DNA of 64,000 nucleotides from a virus (taxonomy: Duplodnaviria > Caudoviricetes): the IMG/VR virus record IMGVR_UViG_3300033463_000025, positions 1 to 64,000 of that record, one strand, 5' to 3'. Positions 19,194-29,071 of this stretch are shown here, piece by piece. The translations under genes were made by a program, and so were the position numbers. The notes under the pieces were generated by a model. That model saw only the letters and a list, made by a program, of their open reading frames with translations, ran no database searches and was not told the DNA's origin. Within the stretch, counting starts at the first letter, position 1. The number at the start of each line of letters is the position of its first letter.

Positions 19194-20372
19194 ATGTCCG
19201 ATATTAAATGTTATGACAAATATGGAATTGAGATAGACCATCTCACTCAATGGGATTTGAACGTTTCGGTAAAGATACCCAACTGGCAATATGAGCTTGC
19301 ACCTATTTGTCATTTCGCAACGAGGTTTAATGATACCTCGCTGACGGTCACTTCAACTTTAGAAGATGGAACGGTTACAGTTGAAGTACCAAACGTATTC
19401 CTTACTGATACAGAAGCCGTGTTAATGTATGTATTCCTTTATGACCCAGAATCAGATAGTGGTAGAACAATATATACCGTCGTATTCCCTGTCCATAAAA
19501 AGAAGAAGCCAAATGATTACGAGTATGTTGATAACGTAGACGTTATTGAGATAAGCACGTTGAAAGCACAATTTGATGTTCTTGTTGCAGAAGCCGAAGT
19601 AGCCGTTCACGAAAGAATCAACAGCTTAGATAGTGCTTATACAAATACGATTCTTGAAATCAAAAACCAAATACATAGTGATGTGGTAAATCTTAATAAA
19701 GAAATATCAACTAATAACGAGCGTCTTACCGCTGATATTACACAAGCTCGTGAACAATTAAGCGGAGATATTACCTCCGCAAGACAGGGATTGCAAAACG
19801 AAATAACTAATTCAAATAATGCTTTAACACAGCAAATAGCTTCAGCTTTAGCTTTGCTTTTGAGCAGTATTAAGGACGGTTCACCAGAATTATACTTTGG
19901 TGATGTTACGGAGCTTGCTAATAAAGAAGCTGGCTTTTATTTATATATTGATGAAACGAGTGAAAACAACGGATATATCTACTATTGGGATGGTGTTAAT
20001 CTTTCTGATAGATTGCTCTATTATGCAGGAATGGTTATCAATGATGGCTCGGTCACTTATGAAATGCTGTCGGATAACTTAAAGAAAGAATCTGTTGAAA
20101 CAATTATCTCCTATACCCTACTCGCGGAAAGTTGGGAAAACAACGCACAAGAGCTTGATGTTTCAGACCATTACACGGTAACACATAATACAAAGGCAGA
20201 TATTGACCTTACTACCACAGCTTATAACCAGCTCCTTGAGGATGGTTGCTGTGGTCTTTTTATTGCTACAAATGAGAACAACGATAATAAGTTAATTGCA
20301 CACGCCTTACGCACATCGCCCACTACAGACGTGGCAATACAAATAACACTTAGAGAGGTGAAGACAACATGA
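19194..20372 (+). CDS. BppU-like tail fibre adaptor with a coiled coil
   Basis: LTQWD..V.VP...L N-terminus and KKKPNDY; C-terminal domain shared with 12314-15943. Confidence 0.65.
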   Translation: MSDIKCYDKYGIEIDHLTQWDLNVSVKIPNWQYELAPICHFATRFNDTSLTVTSTLEDGTVTVEVPNVFLTDTEAVLMYVFLYDPESDSGRTIYTVVFPVHKKKKPNDYEYVDNVDVIEISTLKAQFDVLVAEAEVAVHERINSLDSAYTNTILEIKNQIHSDVVNLNKEISTNNERLTADITQAREQLSGDITSARQGLQNEITNSNNALTQQIASALALLLSSIKDGSPELYFGDVTELANKEAGFYLYIDETSENNGYIYYWDGVNLSDRLLYYAGMVINDGSVTYEMLSDNLKKESVETIISYTLLAESWENNAQELDVSDHYTVTHNTKADIDLTTTAYNQLLEDGCCGLFIATNENNDNKLIAHALRTSPTTDVAIQITLREVKTT

Positions 20373-23300
20373 TTATTGGACAAATCGCTTATGCCGCTTC
20401 TCCTTCTGCTGAAGACTTTAGAATATTCAATAGTGAAAGTGCATTGACTACCTATTTAGGCACACCTGCCGCAAAAGCGGGTCAAGGCGTAAAGGTTTTA
20501 GACTCCACCAGTGGAAAGTATAAAGCATATATCATTCAAGGTACTGCTGGGCATTTCACTACAAGCCCTATGGGAGCTGGTGATTTTATTGGTAGTCAAC
20601 TCCCTTCTGTTGCTGAAGGCGATGAGGATTTAATCTATTATATCTATAATAGCGAGGATGACATTTATCAACAGTATCGCTTTAATGGAACGAGATATAT
20701 TTTAGTTGGTTCTAATAACAAAAAGGCGTATGTTGGTAGTTCGTTGCCTGGTGTTGGTGATACGGATATTGATTATTACATCGGCACAGCACAGGACGGT
20801 TTTATTCATTATCGTTATTTTGCTGACGAAATAAATGATTATATCGCTGTCGGCGGAGATTCATATACAAAAGCAGAAGTCGATGCGTTATTAAATGCTC
20901 AAGTTATCTATTATTACTATTTATCGTATGGTACTGCAATAGTAGAAGAAAACGGAGAACAAATTGAAAAGAATAATGTAGTTCGCCTTTGGAGATATAC
21001 AAACCCCGATGATGTTGGTGATACATCTGGTGAACTTGGAACAGTAGTCACTTGGTTTGAGTTGCAAGGCGGAGGTAGTGGCTCGTCACAAGCAACTAAT
21101 ATGACGTTTAACAGAGTAACGTCAGAGAATATTGCGATGTCTGCTGGTGACGTAGAAACAAACGGAATAGTTATTTTAGCTTCGTTTGCAGACTATGAAA
21201 CTGGTGGCGAGCCAGTTGCCGCGACCTATTCAATTAAAGTAGGAAATACTGTGGTAGAAACAGGAACGGCAATACAATGTAAGGATGCCAGCGGAAATCA
21301 ATTATATGACGAAGACGAAAATCCAATTTATAATGTTTTTGACGTAACGGATTATTGTCCGATTGGTAAAGAATCAACGGTTGCAATTTCAATAACAGAT
21401 GAATACGGAAATATGATTATCCGTAGATGGTATGTCAAAATTGTTGACATTAGCATTTCAAGTAAATTTGACGACTCTTATTCAAGACCTGTTGGAAGCG
21501 CAATTAACTTCCCGTATAAGCCAGAAGGCTTAGGCACAAAAACAATTCATTTTGTTTTAGATGGGGTTGAAATTGGAACTGCATCAACAAATAACACAGC
21601 CGAAACAACTTATTCTATTCCTTCGACATATGCGACATATGGCTCACACTTTTTTGATTGCTATGTTACCACAGTTGTTGGTGGTTCTACTATAACTTCA
21701 AATCATATCTATAAAGACATTGTTTGCTATTCGCAAGACGGTAGCTTGCCAGTCATTGGTTGTATTTATAGAAATGATATGTATGGCACTGTTCAATTAA
21801 ACGAATATGACACGCTTAATATCCCATATACGGTTTACGACCCAAGCACAAATAACCCGACTGTTACTCTGTCAGTTGATGGAACGACAGTTGATACATC
21901 ATCGCTCACATCACATAGTAATATTTGGGCGTTTAAGGGTAGTGAAGTTGGTAGTCATACTCTTACGATTGCTTGCGGTTCAACGTCTGTTACAATCGTT
22001 GTAAACGTAATTGATTTAGGATATGATATTAGTCCTGTTACGACTGGTCTTGCTTTTGATTTTGACCCAACTGGTATAACAAACAGTAGCACGAATAGAC
22101 TGTGGCATGATACAAACGATAATACCGTTGCTCTTTCTGTATCGGCAAACTTCGATTGGGATAACGGCGGTTATCAAATTGATAGTGAAACAGGCGAAAG
22201 CTATTTCCTTGTAAAAGCAGGAACAAGAGCAACAATTTCTTATAATCTTTTTGGCACTAATCCAAAATATGACGGCGCAGAGTTTAAGTTAGTATTTAAG
22301 ACGGGAAACGTTAGAGATGCCGAAGCGACATTTTTGAGCTGTGTATCTGATAACATTGGTCTTAAAATGGATGTTCACTCTGCGACAATCGCTAATAGTG
22401 TTAATATTGCAGACCCATTATGGATTCCTTATAGCGAAGAGGATATTATCGAGTTTGAGTATAATATCAGTCCGAGCATTAACGGATTATCGTATAATCC
22501 CCTGATAATGACATATGAAGATGGCGTTCCTTTCAAGCCATTAGAATACACAAGCGGTACATTTAACACATTAACTGGTGAATGGAATGGCGGCGCACAA
22601 TTACATCAAGATACGCCTGTCCCCATTACTATTGGTTCTGATGACTGCGATGTTTATATTTATCGAATGAAAGCGTACACCGTTTCTCTTTCTGATTCGC
22701 AGATTCTTGATAACTTTATAGCCGATGCAAGAAATTCGGAAACAATGGTTAATAGATATGTACGGAATCAGGTTTACGATAGAAACAGCGAGCTTACTCC
22801 TGAATCCGTTGCTGAGGCTTGTCCAAATCTTCGCGTTATTACAATCTCAGCACCATATTTCACAAACGATAAAGATGAAAAAGTACCAGATACAATAATT
22901 GAATATATTTACAAGAATGGCGACCCTGTACTTGAAAACTGGAAAGCCATTAACTGTAAGCACTCTGGTCAGGGTACAACTTCTAACGACTATGGTTTTG
23001 CTGGTAGAAATATGCTTCTTTATCTTAACGATGATAATACCGTTATTACGCTTGGCGATGATACCACTACGGTTAGTAAAGTTGCATTAACATTTGGCAA
23101 TCATATTAACATAGACCCCAGCAGTTATCCTACAACTGCGGATTATACAGAAGCCGTACAGCAAGCATTAAATACTAATGCCACATCAATCCCGAACAAC
23201 GTGTTTAACATAAAAGTTAATATCGCTTCTTCTGAAAATGCTAACAACGCATTACTGGCTAAAAGATATAATGATTATCTGCCTTATAAAATGCCAGCGC

Positions 23301-26300
23301 AAAAGAGAGATAGTAGAGTAAAAAATACTATGGAATTTGTAAATTGCGTTGTATTCATTAAGGAAACAGATAACGACTTAACAAGGCACAGAGAGTTCCA
23401 AGATAAAGAATGGCATTTCTATGCACTCGGTAATATTGGTGATGCTAAGAAGACAGACAAAACAAGGGTGAACGATAAGAATGACCCGAAGGAATTTGTA
23501 ATTGAAATCAAGGATAATGGTAAGCCCAACTCTGGATTTAATACTGGTACTGGCACATATCCTATTTCTGCTTCACAATGGGTCGCTGGTAATAGCGCAT
23601 ATGATTCGCTTTACAATAATTGGGATAGTTCTTTCGAGTTCCGTTATACCAAAGCTGACTATGACCCCAAGAATAATATAACAAGTCCACAGGCAGAGCT
23701 TAACAAGCAAAAGTGGCGTGATTTTTACGAGTGGGTTATAACTGTATCTGATGCTGATTTCCCGACCGAACTCGGAGATTGGTTTATTGTTGATTCTGCA
23801 TTGTATTACTATGTATTTACTCATCGTTATACAATGATTGATAACCGTGCTAAAAACTCTTTCTGGCATTGGAGCAAGGTATATATTACCGAAGCAGAAG
23901 CGGCTGAAATGGGTGAAACCGAAGCAAGTTATTATACCATTGATAACGCAAAGGCGGCTATCAATGAGGGCTATCGCTTTGAAATGTGGGGTTATGACTT
24001 TGATACCGCACTTGGTATCAACAACTCTGGTGTAATGAGTGAACAGTATCGCTATGGTAAAGAGGATAGCGATTACAGAAGCGATGGCGATTCTACTTCT
24101 GGCTATCTGTTTAATGAAGCAACGAGCGTATTCTGGTGCAGACTCCGTGATTTAATGCCTACAGAGATTGCGAATATGTATCAAACCGTTGCTACGAACA
24201 AGAGTAGTGCTTGGGATGCCGAACATTTAATCAATGAATTTGATAATTGGCAAGCTCAATTCCCCGAAGAGATTTGGAGATTAAACTACGAAAGAGAATA
24301 TACCCGTACATATCAATCTGGCGTAGACAGATTTATGACACAGATGATGCAGGGTAGAAAGAAATACCATCGTAGACAATGGGAACGCGACCAAGCTCCT
24401 TACTTTGGAACAAAGTACGGATTGATTTATTATAAGAACACTGACCGTATTTCATTCAGATGTAACCAACCGATTTTCGAGGTTGACAGTAGCCGTATTT
24501 TTGGTAATCAATCTACCGCAAATACCTATCTCGCTTCCGCAAGTGCCGCAGTAGACCAAAACGTAAAAATCAAGCAACAGGATAACACATATAAACTCTA
24601 TGTGATTAAATCTGTAAACGGCTCATTAACTTATATCCCGATTGTTGAGCCGAATTACGATTTAACTATCAAGCCTTATTCTGATTTGTATTTGTCTGCT
24701 GAATTTGGTAATGATGGTGAAACAACGGAAGTTGTTGCTATCAGAGCTAAAGCGGGTCAAAGCTATACAATCGAATGTCCTGCTGGCAGAAACATGACTA
24801 ATACTATGGTTAAGATTTATTGCGGTTCACACATTCAAGAGTTGAGCGACCTTTCGCCTTGTTATATCGAAGATAACGATGTCAGTATGGCGAGAAAACT
24901 TCGCAAGCTGATAATTGGTAATAGCACTCTTGGTTATAGAAGTTATATTACTACTCTTAAATTAGGTAACAACCCCATTCTTGAAGAGCTGAATATCGAA
25001 AACTGTAACACATTCACTAACCCCTCTATTGATTTGACGAATTGCGGAAACCTTGTAAAGTTTTATGCAAACGGAAGTAACATTACACAAGTATCATTCG
25101 CTAACTACGGTAAAGTTGCTGATGTTGAAATGCCTGCTAATATCAACACAATTAGCATGAGAAACCTTAACTACCTTGAGGATGCTAATTTTGATATGCC
25201 TTCATATAGCAGTATGCGTAGTGCAACTATCGTCAATGGTATTCTTGATACTAAAACCTTTATGGGTAACATTAGCCCGTACTTAACATATCTGTATTTA
25301 ACTGGATTTGATTGGACTTTCTTAAATGTTGACTTTACTAATCCGCAAGACTTCTTAATTGAAAAGCTGTATGCTATCAATAGTGTTACGCTGATAGGTA
25401 CAATCAGAATCGACAGAATCCCCTATAGATACGTTCAAAAGTATCACGAGAAATGGGGCGACGATTTTGTAATTGACGCTACACTTGTTGTGCCCGAATA
25501 TAGCATTACGTTCCTTAACGACGATAAAACACCGATTTCATCTATAGATAATAATACTCCGTATGTAGAATGGGTCGATGGTGAAAGCGCGGCTTACAAT
25601 CCAATTACAGAAGGTTATGTTAATACACCAACAAAAGCAAGCTCTGCTAAGTATGACTATACGTTTAGTCATTGGGCTATTTTTGTAAACAATACCGCTG
25701 GCGCAGAATATACGTTTGGTCGTGTGTTATCATCGAATATCACATTAATTGCTGTCTATACAAGTAGCTTGAGAACGTTTACCGTTAATTGGTACACATC
25801 CCCTGTCAACACGAATATTACTTCTGGTAAGTGGAACTCTAAAAACAACAGTGCCAACAAAACGTTGCTTCATACGGAAACAAACGTTCAGTATGGCGCA
25901 GAGGTATCTTTTGACATAACACAAAAAGTAAACTGTAAAAATGTTACTTCTGGTAATGTGACTTACTTAGAGAGTTATGTATTCTCTTCTTGGAGTGATT
26001 CAACGGGTGGTATCACAGGAGATACAGACGTTTATGCTGTTTGGGATTATGCTAAGATTTTCAAGAATAACGGCGAATTAATCCTTGAAGATACATTAGG
26101 CAATAGAAAGGCACTTAATAATATGACCTCTGCTGAAATCGCGGCGGTTTGTGCTAACGGAGAAGCTACGACATTCTTCCATGATAAGGATTATTTTGAT
26201 TATATTATGGGTCACGACTATTCGTTTGCTAACGTGGATGAAGAAGTCCTCGTACCGCTTGGCGAAGAACTCCACCTTGACGGTGTTACTCCGATAATCC

Positions 26301-27736
26301 CAACTGATTCACAAGGCAATCAAATTAAACTGTTCTCAGCCGATGCACCATCTTTCACTATGGCTATTGATTATCAGTTTACAAATGACGCAAACGATTA
26401 CGCTCCCTCAAATAATAAAACACTGATTTCGTGTTTTGAAAATCCCGATAACGGGAACGACGGTTTTGCATTGAGGTACTATTCCAACAAAGCAAACGTC
26501 CTTTGGGGCGATAAGAACCAAAACGTTACCACAGAGCAGAATCGTGATATGCTCGTTCTCCGTCATGTACAAGGAAGCGATGAGTTATACATCTACGCTT
26601 TTAATGGTGGAGATATTAGCTCTGGTTATTATTCAAATACCAAACTTGCGACTTCTAAAACTCGCACAGCATATAATAGTACAAATGCTCCGCTTGTCTT
26701 TGGCGGCATAGCAGAATATGATTCTGAAAATCAAGTATATATTGCAAGCGATAGCTCTACATATATCGGAGCAGGTATAATCTATTGGTGCAAGATTTGG
26801 TATGCTGATTTGGGTGATACCGTTGCAAAAGAGCTTGCTTCTTGGACTCGTGACGATGACAGACAAGAATATTATCAAGCTCAGTTAGACTCTGCTGGTA
26901 CTTTATTTGGCAGTCCTTATCTACTTTCTGGTACTTCAACGAGAGCATCAGCTTCGTTCATTTCAAATAACCTTATGAGATATTTGCATCAAATGAATGT
27001 TGATAACGTCAACGCTGGCGGTTGGGGTGGTAATACTTCAACCGAAGCTAAGTATCAAGCATCTATGCACTATTTCATGCAATACAAGTTCTATCCCGCT
27101 ATTCCAAACGAGATAAGAAACTTAATTGTACAGGTGAAAGTACCATCAACTACTGGTAGTCAATCTTCAAACATTGGCAACTACGATAGTTATGTCTACA
27201 TCCCCTGCTATAGAGAAATGGCAGATAATAATGATACTAAGAACGCTCCTTATTCTAATGAGGGTAGCTTCATAAGTTGGAACACTACAAATCAACGTAG
27301 GCTTGGTTTTAGAGATATTATCACATTAGATACATCTCTTTTGGCTAACGGTAATGCAAAGTTTACTGGTTCAAGCGAACCAATCTTCGCTCAGAATAAA
27401 GGCTTCTACGATGCCGACAGTAATCCTAATGGCGTTCGTGAATACGATATTTGGCACATAGATAATAACAATGTGGCAAGAATATATCTGTCCGCACAAA
27501 CGCTCAGGAAGAAGAACATCACACCTACTGTGGCGATTACACAGGGTACGGAGCTTCTCGGCGGCTGGTGCGGCGCGTATACCTATTTCCTGCGCTCCCC
27601 GAATACTGGCAACGCCAACAATTTTTGGTATGTGAACCTCATTGGTGCTACCAACAACTACTCCAACGCGAACTACTGGATTGGCGTTCGCCCGTGCTTC
27701 TCAATTTTTGCTCAAATTTCTCAAAACGAAAATTAA
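20369..27736 (+). CDS. Giant tail/adhesin protein; DGR target with a C-terminal C-type-lectin-like variable domain
   Basis: 2455 aa; Ig/ConA-like regions, CotH-like block, LRRs; C-terminal YFLRSP...GVRPCF encoded by the VR. Confidence 0.85.
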   Translation: MIIGQIAYAASPSAEDFRIFNSESALTTYLGTPAAKAGQGVKVLDSTSGKYKAYIIQGTAGHFTTSPMGAGDFIGSQLPSVAEGDEDLIYYIYNSEDDIYQQYRFNGTRYILVGSNNKKAYVGSSLPGVGDTDIDYYIGTAQDGFIHYRYFADEINDYIAVGGDSYTKAEVDALLNAQVIYYYYLSYGTAIVEENGEQIEKNNVVRLWRYTNPDDVGDTSGELGTVVTWFELQGGGSGSSQATNMTFNRVTSENIAMSAGDVETNGIVILASFADYETGGEPVAATYSIKVGNTVVETGTAIQCKDASGNQLYDEDENPIYNVFDVTDYCPIGKESTVAISITDEYGNMIIRRWYVKIVDISISSKFDDSYSRPVGSAINFPYKPEGLGTKTIHFVLDGVEIGTASTNNTAETTYSIPSTYATYGSHFFDCYVTTVVGGSTITSNHIYKDIVCYSQDGSLPVIGCIYRNDMYGTVQLNEYDTLNIPYTVYDPSTNNPTVTLSVDGTTVDTSSLTSHSNIWAFKGSEVGSHTLTIACGSTSVTIVVNVIDLGYDISPVTTGLAFDFDPTGITNSSTNRLWHDTNDNTVALSVSANFDWDNGGYQIDSETGESYFLVKAGTRATISYNLFGTNPKYDGAEFKLVFKTGNVRDAEATFLSCVSDNIGLKMDVHSATIANSVNIADPLWIPYSEEDIIEFEYNISPSINGLSYNPLIMTYEDGVPFKPLEYTSGTFNTLTGEWNGGAQLHQDTPVPITIGSDDCDVYIYRMKAYTVSLSDSQILDNFIADARNSETMVNRYVRNQVYDRNSELTPESVAEACPNLRVITISAPYFTNDKDEKVPDTIIEYIYKNGDPVLENWKAINCKHSGQGTTSNDYGFAGRNMLLYLNDDNTVITLGDDTTTVSKVALTFGNHINIDPSSYPTTADYTEAVQQALNTNATSIPNNVFNIKVNIASSENANNALLAKRYNDYLPYKMPAQKRDSRVKNTMEFVNCVVFIKETDNDLTRHREFQDKEWHFYALGNIGDAKKTDKTRVNDKNDPKEFVIEIKDNGKPNSGFNTGTGTYPISASQWVAGNSAYDSLYNNWDSSFEFRYTKADYDPKNNITSPQAELNKQKWRDFYEWVITVSDADFPTELGDWFIVDSALYYYVFTHRYTMIDNRAKNSFWHWSKVYITEAEAAEMGETEASYYTIDNAKAAINEGYRFEMWGYDFDTALGINNSGVMSEQYRYGKEDSDYRSDGDSTSGYLFNEATSVFWCRLRDLMPTEIANMYQTVATNKSSAWDAEHLINEFDNWQAQFPEEIWRLNYEREYTRTYQSGVDRFMTQMMQGRKKYHRRQWERDQAPYFGTKYGLIYYKNTDRISFRCNQPIFEVDSSRIFGNQSTANTYLASASAAVDQNVKIKQQDNTYKLYVIKSVNGSLTYIPIVEPNYDLTIKPYSDLYLSAEFGNDGETTEVVAIRAKAGQSYTIECPAGRNMTNTMVKIYCGSHIQELSDLSPCYIEDNDVSMARKLRKLIIGNSTLGYRSYITTLKLGNNPILEELNIENCNTFTNPSIDLTNCGNLVKFYANGSNITQVSFANYGKVADVEMPANINTISMRNLNYLEDANFDMPSYSSMRSATIVNGILDTKTFMGNISPYLTYLYLTGFDWTFLNVDFTNPQDFLIEKLYAINSVTLIGTIRIDRIPYRYVQKYHEKWGDDFVIDATLVVPEYSITFLNDDKTPISSIDNNTPYVEWVDGESAAYNPITEGYVNTPTKASSAKYDYTFSHWAIFVNNTAGAEYTFGRVLSSNITLIAVYTSSLRTFTVNWYTSPVNTNITSGKWNSKNNSANKTLLHTETNVQYGAEVSFDITQKVNCKNVTSGNVTYLESYVFSSWSDSTGGITGDTDVYAVWDYAKIFKNNGELILEDTLGNRKALNNMTSAEIAAVCANGEATTFFHDKDYFDYIMGHDYSFANVDEEVLVPLGEELHLDGVTPIIPTDSQGNQIKLFSADAPSFTMAIDYQFTNDANDYAPSNNKTLISCFENPDNGNDGFALRYYSNKANVLWGDKNQNVTTEQNRDMLVLRHVQGSDELYIYAFNGGDISSGYYSNTKLATSKTRTAYNSTNAPLVFGGIAEYDSENQVYIASDSSTYIGAGIIYWCKIWYADLGDTVAKELASWTRDDDRQEYYQAQLDSAGTLFGSPYLLSGTSTRASASFISNNLMRYLHQMNVDNVNAGGWGGNTSTEAKYQASMHYFMQYKFYPAIPNEIRNLIVQVKVPSTTGSQSSNIGNYDSYVYIPCYREMADNNDTKNAPYSNEGSFISWNTTNQRRLGFRDIITLDTSLLANGNAKFTGSSEPIFAQNKGFYDADSNPNGVREYDIWHIDNNNVARIYLSAQTLRKKNITPTVAITQGTELLGGWCGAYTYFLRSPNTGNANNFWYVNLIGATNNYSNANYWIGVRPCFSIFAQISQNEN
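27569..27703 (+). repeat. DGR variable repeat (VR)
   Basis: Aligns to TR 28657-28788; every substitution lies opposite a TR adenine; one extra codon. Confidence 0.95.
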
Positions 27737-27747
27737 GTTATAATTCA

Positions 27748-27797
27748 AAAGTCCTACAAATCTGGCGATAACTCGCTTATCGCCTTTGTAGGGCTTT
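27748..27797 (+). promoter_or_regulatory. Hairpin/cruciform downstream of the VR (DGR homing element and/or terminator)
   Basis: AAAGTCCTACAAA..GGCGATAA-CTCGC-TTATCGCC-TTTGTAGGGCTTT. Confidence 0.7.
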
Positions 27798-27825
27798 ATT
27801 AATAGTCTAAGAATGGAGATAATCT

Positions 27826-28626
27826 ATGAGTGTTATTAAAGCAAAAAGACATATAGCAAAAAGTGAATTTGAACAAACCTTTTCGTTATTCTATTCTGAC
27901 TCTAATAGAATACTATCCAAAGTTCCTAAAAGACGCGAAAGATTTGTATGCCCTAAAATAATATGGTTAAACAATTCAATCTACAACGACTTAATGATAG
28001 TACAAGAAATCTTATTTGCAAAACAACCAGAAAAGAAAGACGAAAAGCAGAGAAGAATAAAATCAGCTTTGCAGAAAATTGAATGTTTAGAAAAAGAAAT
28101 TATGGTTTATTCAAATATTATGTCAATGCCGTTTGATAAACAATGTAGTTGGTGTAATACATTAAATAGAGAAGTTGCTTTATTAAATGGCATGGTAGAA
28201 AACGAATCCGACAAATCCACTTTTAGGATAAAAGTGTTGGATTGGGATAAGATTTACAAATTTAAAGCATTATATAAAATGTGCGAATTACACAGATATA
28301 CACACGGAAAAGCTGTTAGAGCAATAAACTCATTAGAAAACGGCAATACACCGTTAGTTATCGAATTGATAAACGAAGCATTTTACAGTGTTATGACAGC
28401 TAATTTCTATCCGCAAACCAAAGAAGAATATCTCGATAGAGCGAAGCGGATAGAAAGAGCATTACAATGTTTAAATGAAATTCAAAGACCAATGCTATCG
28501 TACTTTAACACTATGAAATATAGCAATAGAGTAATGAAAGAATGGTCTGACTTGTTAAAAACAGAAATCAGATTATTAAAAGGTTTACTGAAATCGGATA
28601 AAAAGAGATTTAGTAAACTTCCTTAA
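27826..28626 (+). CDS. avd: DGR accessory variability determinant, tandem two-domain form
   Basis: Lies between VR and TR; MSVIKAKR..SEF start; two W...L..E..LL.G...SDK motifs; basic and helical. Confidence 0.8.
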   Translation: MSVIKAKRHIAKSEFEQTFSLFYSDSNRILSKVPKRRERFVCPKIIWLNNSIYNDLMIVQEILFAKQPEKKDEKQRRIKSALQKIECLEKEIMVYSNIMSMPFDKQCSWCNTLNREVALLNGMVENESDKSTFRIKVLDWDKIYKFKALYKMCELHRYTHGKAVRAINSLENGNTPLVIELINEAFYSVMTANFYPQTKEEYLDRAKRIERALQCLNEIQRPMLSYFNTMKYSNRVMKEWSDLLKTEIRLLKGLLKSDKKRFSKLP

Positions 28627-28656
28627 TTAAAAATATAATTGGTTAAAACCTATACT

Positions 28657-28788
28657 TGCGGCGCGAATAACTATTTCCTGCGCTCCCCGAATACTGGCAA
28701 CACCAACAATTTTTGGAATGTGAACAACAATGGTGCTACCAACAACAACAACGCGAACAACTGGAATGGCGTTCGCCCGTGATTCTCA
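28657..28788 (+). ncRNA. DGR template repeat (TR)
   Basis: AAC/AAT-rich non-coding copy of the VR (17 AAY triplets in the VR frame) between avd and RT. Confidence 0.95.
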
Positions 28789-29071
28789 TTTTCAAGTAGC
28801 TATGTATTAAGAGTGAAGAGTAATAAAAAATTGAGAAGGAGATTTTAACCATCTATTTGTAAAAATAGTAAATAATATGTTTTCGTGGTTTAACGGAAAC
28901 TCGCTGTGGTGGCGATTCGTAACGGTCGAGTGGAACGCTTCTTGCATAGACAAGCCTTTGCCTAACTTGTTTTTATACTCAACCATAATAGCCAGAACAG
29001 GCAAAATATAATAAGGCTAAACGAAGGAAAAACCAAAATTATAAGAATCTAAAAAGAAAGGAGGTTGTCTT

